DNA of 64,000 nucleotides from Squalus acanthias (Eukaryota), in contig CM059431.1 of NCBI GenBank assembly GCA_030390025.1, forward strand, positions 127,164,001-127,228,000. The letters run 5' to 3'. Of the stretch, positions 62,123-64,000 are shown one piece after another. The notes under the pieces were generated by a model. It did not search any database. It was not told where the DNA came from and was given only the letters and a program-made list of their open reading frames with translations. Numbering within the stretch: the first letter of the stretch is position 1; every line of letters starts with the position of its first letter. The position numbers and the translations under genes are program-made.

Positions 62123-63462
62123 GTCTGGGAGCAAGTGGTGTACTCAGAGGCCTTCCAGTACCAGCCAACATCTTCCCAAAGTCCAGAAGTACTCCCTGCA
62201 CACTTTAACAACTTTTTAAATGTCTTCCAGCAACCCAGTACTCCTACAAACACTGCAAGAGCCAGTACAAGAGAAATAATTAACTTACCTGCAAGTTGGA
62301 TGTGTCCCTTTAAATAGCACGTATGGGGGGTCCCTCATGCAGCTGAACGCATGTTCAGCTGTCCGTGTTTAGGAGAGGGCATTGATTGGAGTGGCGACAT
62401 CCAATATGACAGGTCGTGTGTCAAATCTGTGTTACACGCTGACTGACGTCACGATCTGCCTACTCTGCATACTGCCGGCGTGCGCACATCCCGCCCACGC
62501 TATCATCTCAACAAGACAGCGAACAGCGCGGGCTGCACCAGAGGTGGGCCAATGCGAGGCGGACCCCATTTTTTTGTCCAAACTGGCCTTAACTACCGGT
62601 GCTAAGGTGCTGAATTTCGCAGCCTTTGTTCCAATGACTCCACAAATTTCCTGTACAATTCTGAAAGCTTCTTGTTGCTGTTAACTGTTTATTAAGTAAT
62701 AAACAATGCCCTCAGCCCCACCAATCACACTCCTATACTCCCTTTGGATGGAAGGTATCTCTTCCTGTTGGCAGATAAAGACCAGAGGCAATGATCTCAA
62801 TCAGATCATTTACCATTTATCCGTAAGCCAAGCCAATGACTGTAAAAGTTGGAAACTCCTGCACCCCAATATGCTGGATGCATGCAGGTGTCATCCCTCT
62901 CAAAGGCTTCCTTACCCAATCTGCCTAACAAAGGAGAGACTGGGATTACTGACCCTTTGCTTGGATATGCTTCCATTTCAACTGCTACACTATCCAGACA
63001 TTTTACACTGATCTTACATTAGCACACATGATAATCTGATGTCATAGCACTCCGACACTGTGACATGAACAACACTACGTTAGACATCATTGATATTGCA
63101 ATGCCTAGCAACCAACTACTGTTAACACTTCTCATTATGGGCTGGCTTCTGGTTAATGCGGTTGAAAATTGAAACATGGGCTTCCAGCAGAGCAGATGCT
63201 ATGCTGACTGTGTGAGTGCTCAGCTTTGTGCTTCTCGAAATGAAATCTAACCCTATCTTCACTTTATACCAGCAATTAAATGTTGTTTTATATCGGAAAT
63301 CTGCCAAAGATGATTTCAGATAAACAAGTCATTCCTGAATGCCAGCACCAAGAACACTGCAAAATAAACAATCTTGCTTACAATTTCCACAGATGTTCTC
63401 CAGTAGGAAGCTGTTGATACATAGGAATATAGGAACAGGAGCAGGCCTATTTAGCCTGTCGA

Positions 63463-63970
63463 TTCCACAACCAATGGATCAGATCAAAGCTCTGCAGTCC
63501 TGCCACAGCCAGTTGTGAATGGTGGTGGACAATAAAACAACTAAAGGGAGGAGGAGGCTCCATGAACATCCCCATCCTCAATGTTGGAGGAGCCCAGCAC
63601 GCGAGTGCAGAAGACAAGGCTGAAGCGTTTGCAACCATCTTCAGCCAGAAGTGCCGAGTGGATGATCCATCTCGGCCTCCTCCTGTGGTCCCCACCATCA
63701 CAGAAGCCTGCCTTCAGCAAATTCGATTCACTCCACATGATATCAAGAAATGTCTGAGCGCACTGGATACAGCAAAGGCTATGGGCTCCAACAACATCCT
63801 GGCTGTCATGCTGAAGACTTGCGCTCCAGAACTAGCCGCGCCTCTAGCCAAGCTGTTCCAGTACAGCCAAAACACTGGCATCTACCCGACAATATGGAAC
63901 ACTGCCCAGGTATGTCCTGTCCACAAAAAGCAGGACAAATCCAATCTAGCCAATTACCGCCCCATCAGTC
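63463..63970 (+). mobile_element. LINE family B internal fragment
   Basis: DKAEAFATIFSQK, KAMGSNNI, CPVHKKQDKSNLANYRPIS. Confidence 0.9.
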
Positions 63971-64000
63971 AGGGAATCTGGCGCACACATGCATAATCAT

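Larger units (their letters stand above)
57966..62624. mobile_element. PIF/Harbinger transposon D (Penelope insertion in Myb exon 1; transposase internally deleted)
   Basis: Two convergent genes homologous to elements A and B; TIRs weak, so the ends are approximate. Confidence 0.87.

Overview
Eukaryotic, repeat-dense, apparently intergenic or intronic DNA, most likely from a cartilaginous fish. This is an inference from HER1/HE1-type CR1 tails, a Deu-domain tRNA SINE and the LINE families present. No host protein-coding gene can be recognised. The window contains two decayed Gypsy LTR retrotransposons and two solo LTRs. It also holds several CR1 LINE copies, an L2 fragment and four copies of a second CR1-group LINE family, here called family B. 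There is one Penelope-like (GIY-YIG) insertion plus solo repeats carrying minimal hammerhead ribozyme motifs. Four two-gene PIF/Harbinger transposons are present, each with a spliced Myb/SANT-like gene convergent with a HARBI1-like DDE transposase, along with many non-autonomous derivatives. The most unusual signal is a family-B LINE whose 5' end is a tRNA-derived Pol III head (A and B boxes) running directly into the endonuclease/RT ORF. Its sense strand almost lacks TTTT terminators across all four copies, and an internally deleted SINE-like derivative lies in the same window. Also notable are the hammerhead motifs with a palindromic stem III, the non-TWA Harbinger target duplications, copy-variable heptad repeats in the Harbinger Myb proteins, and a perfect 28-bp subterminal hairpin. 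All coordinates and counts were read by eye, and family names come from motif recognition rather than database searches.
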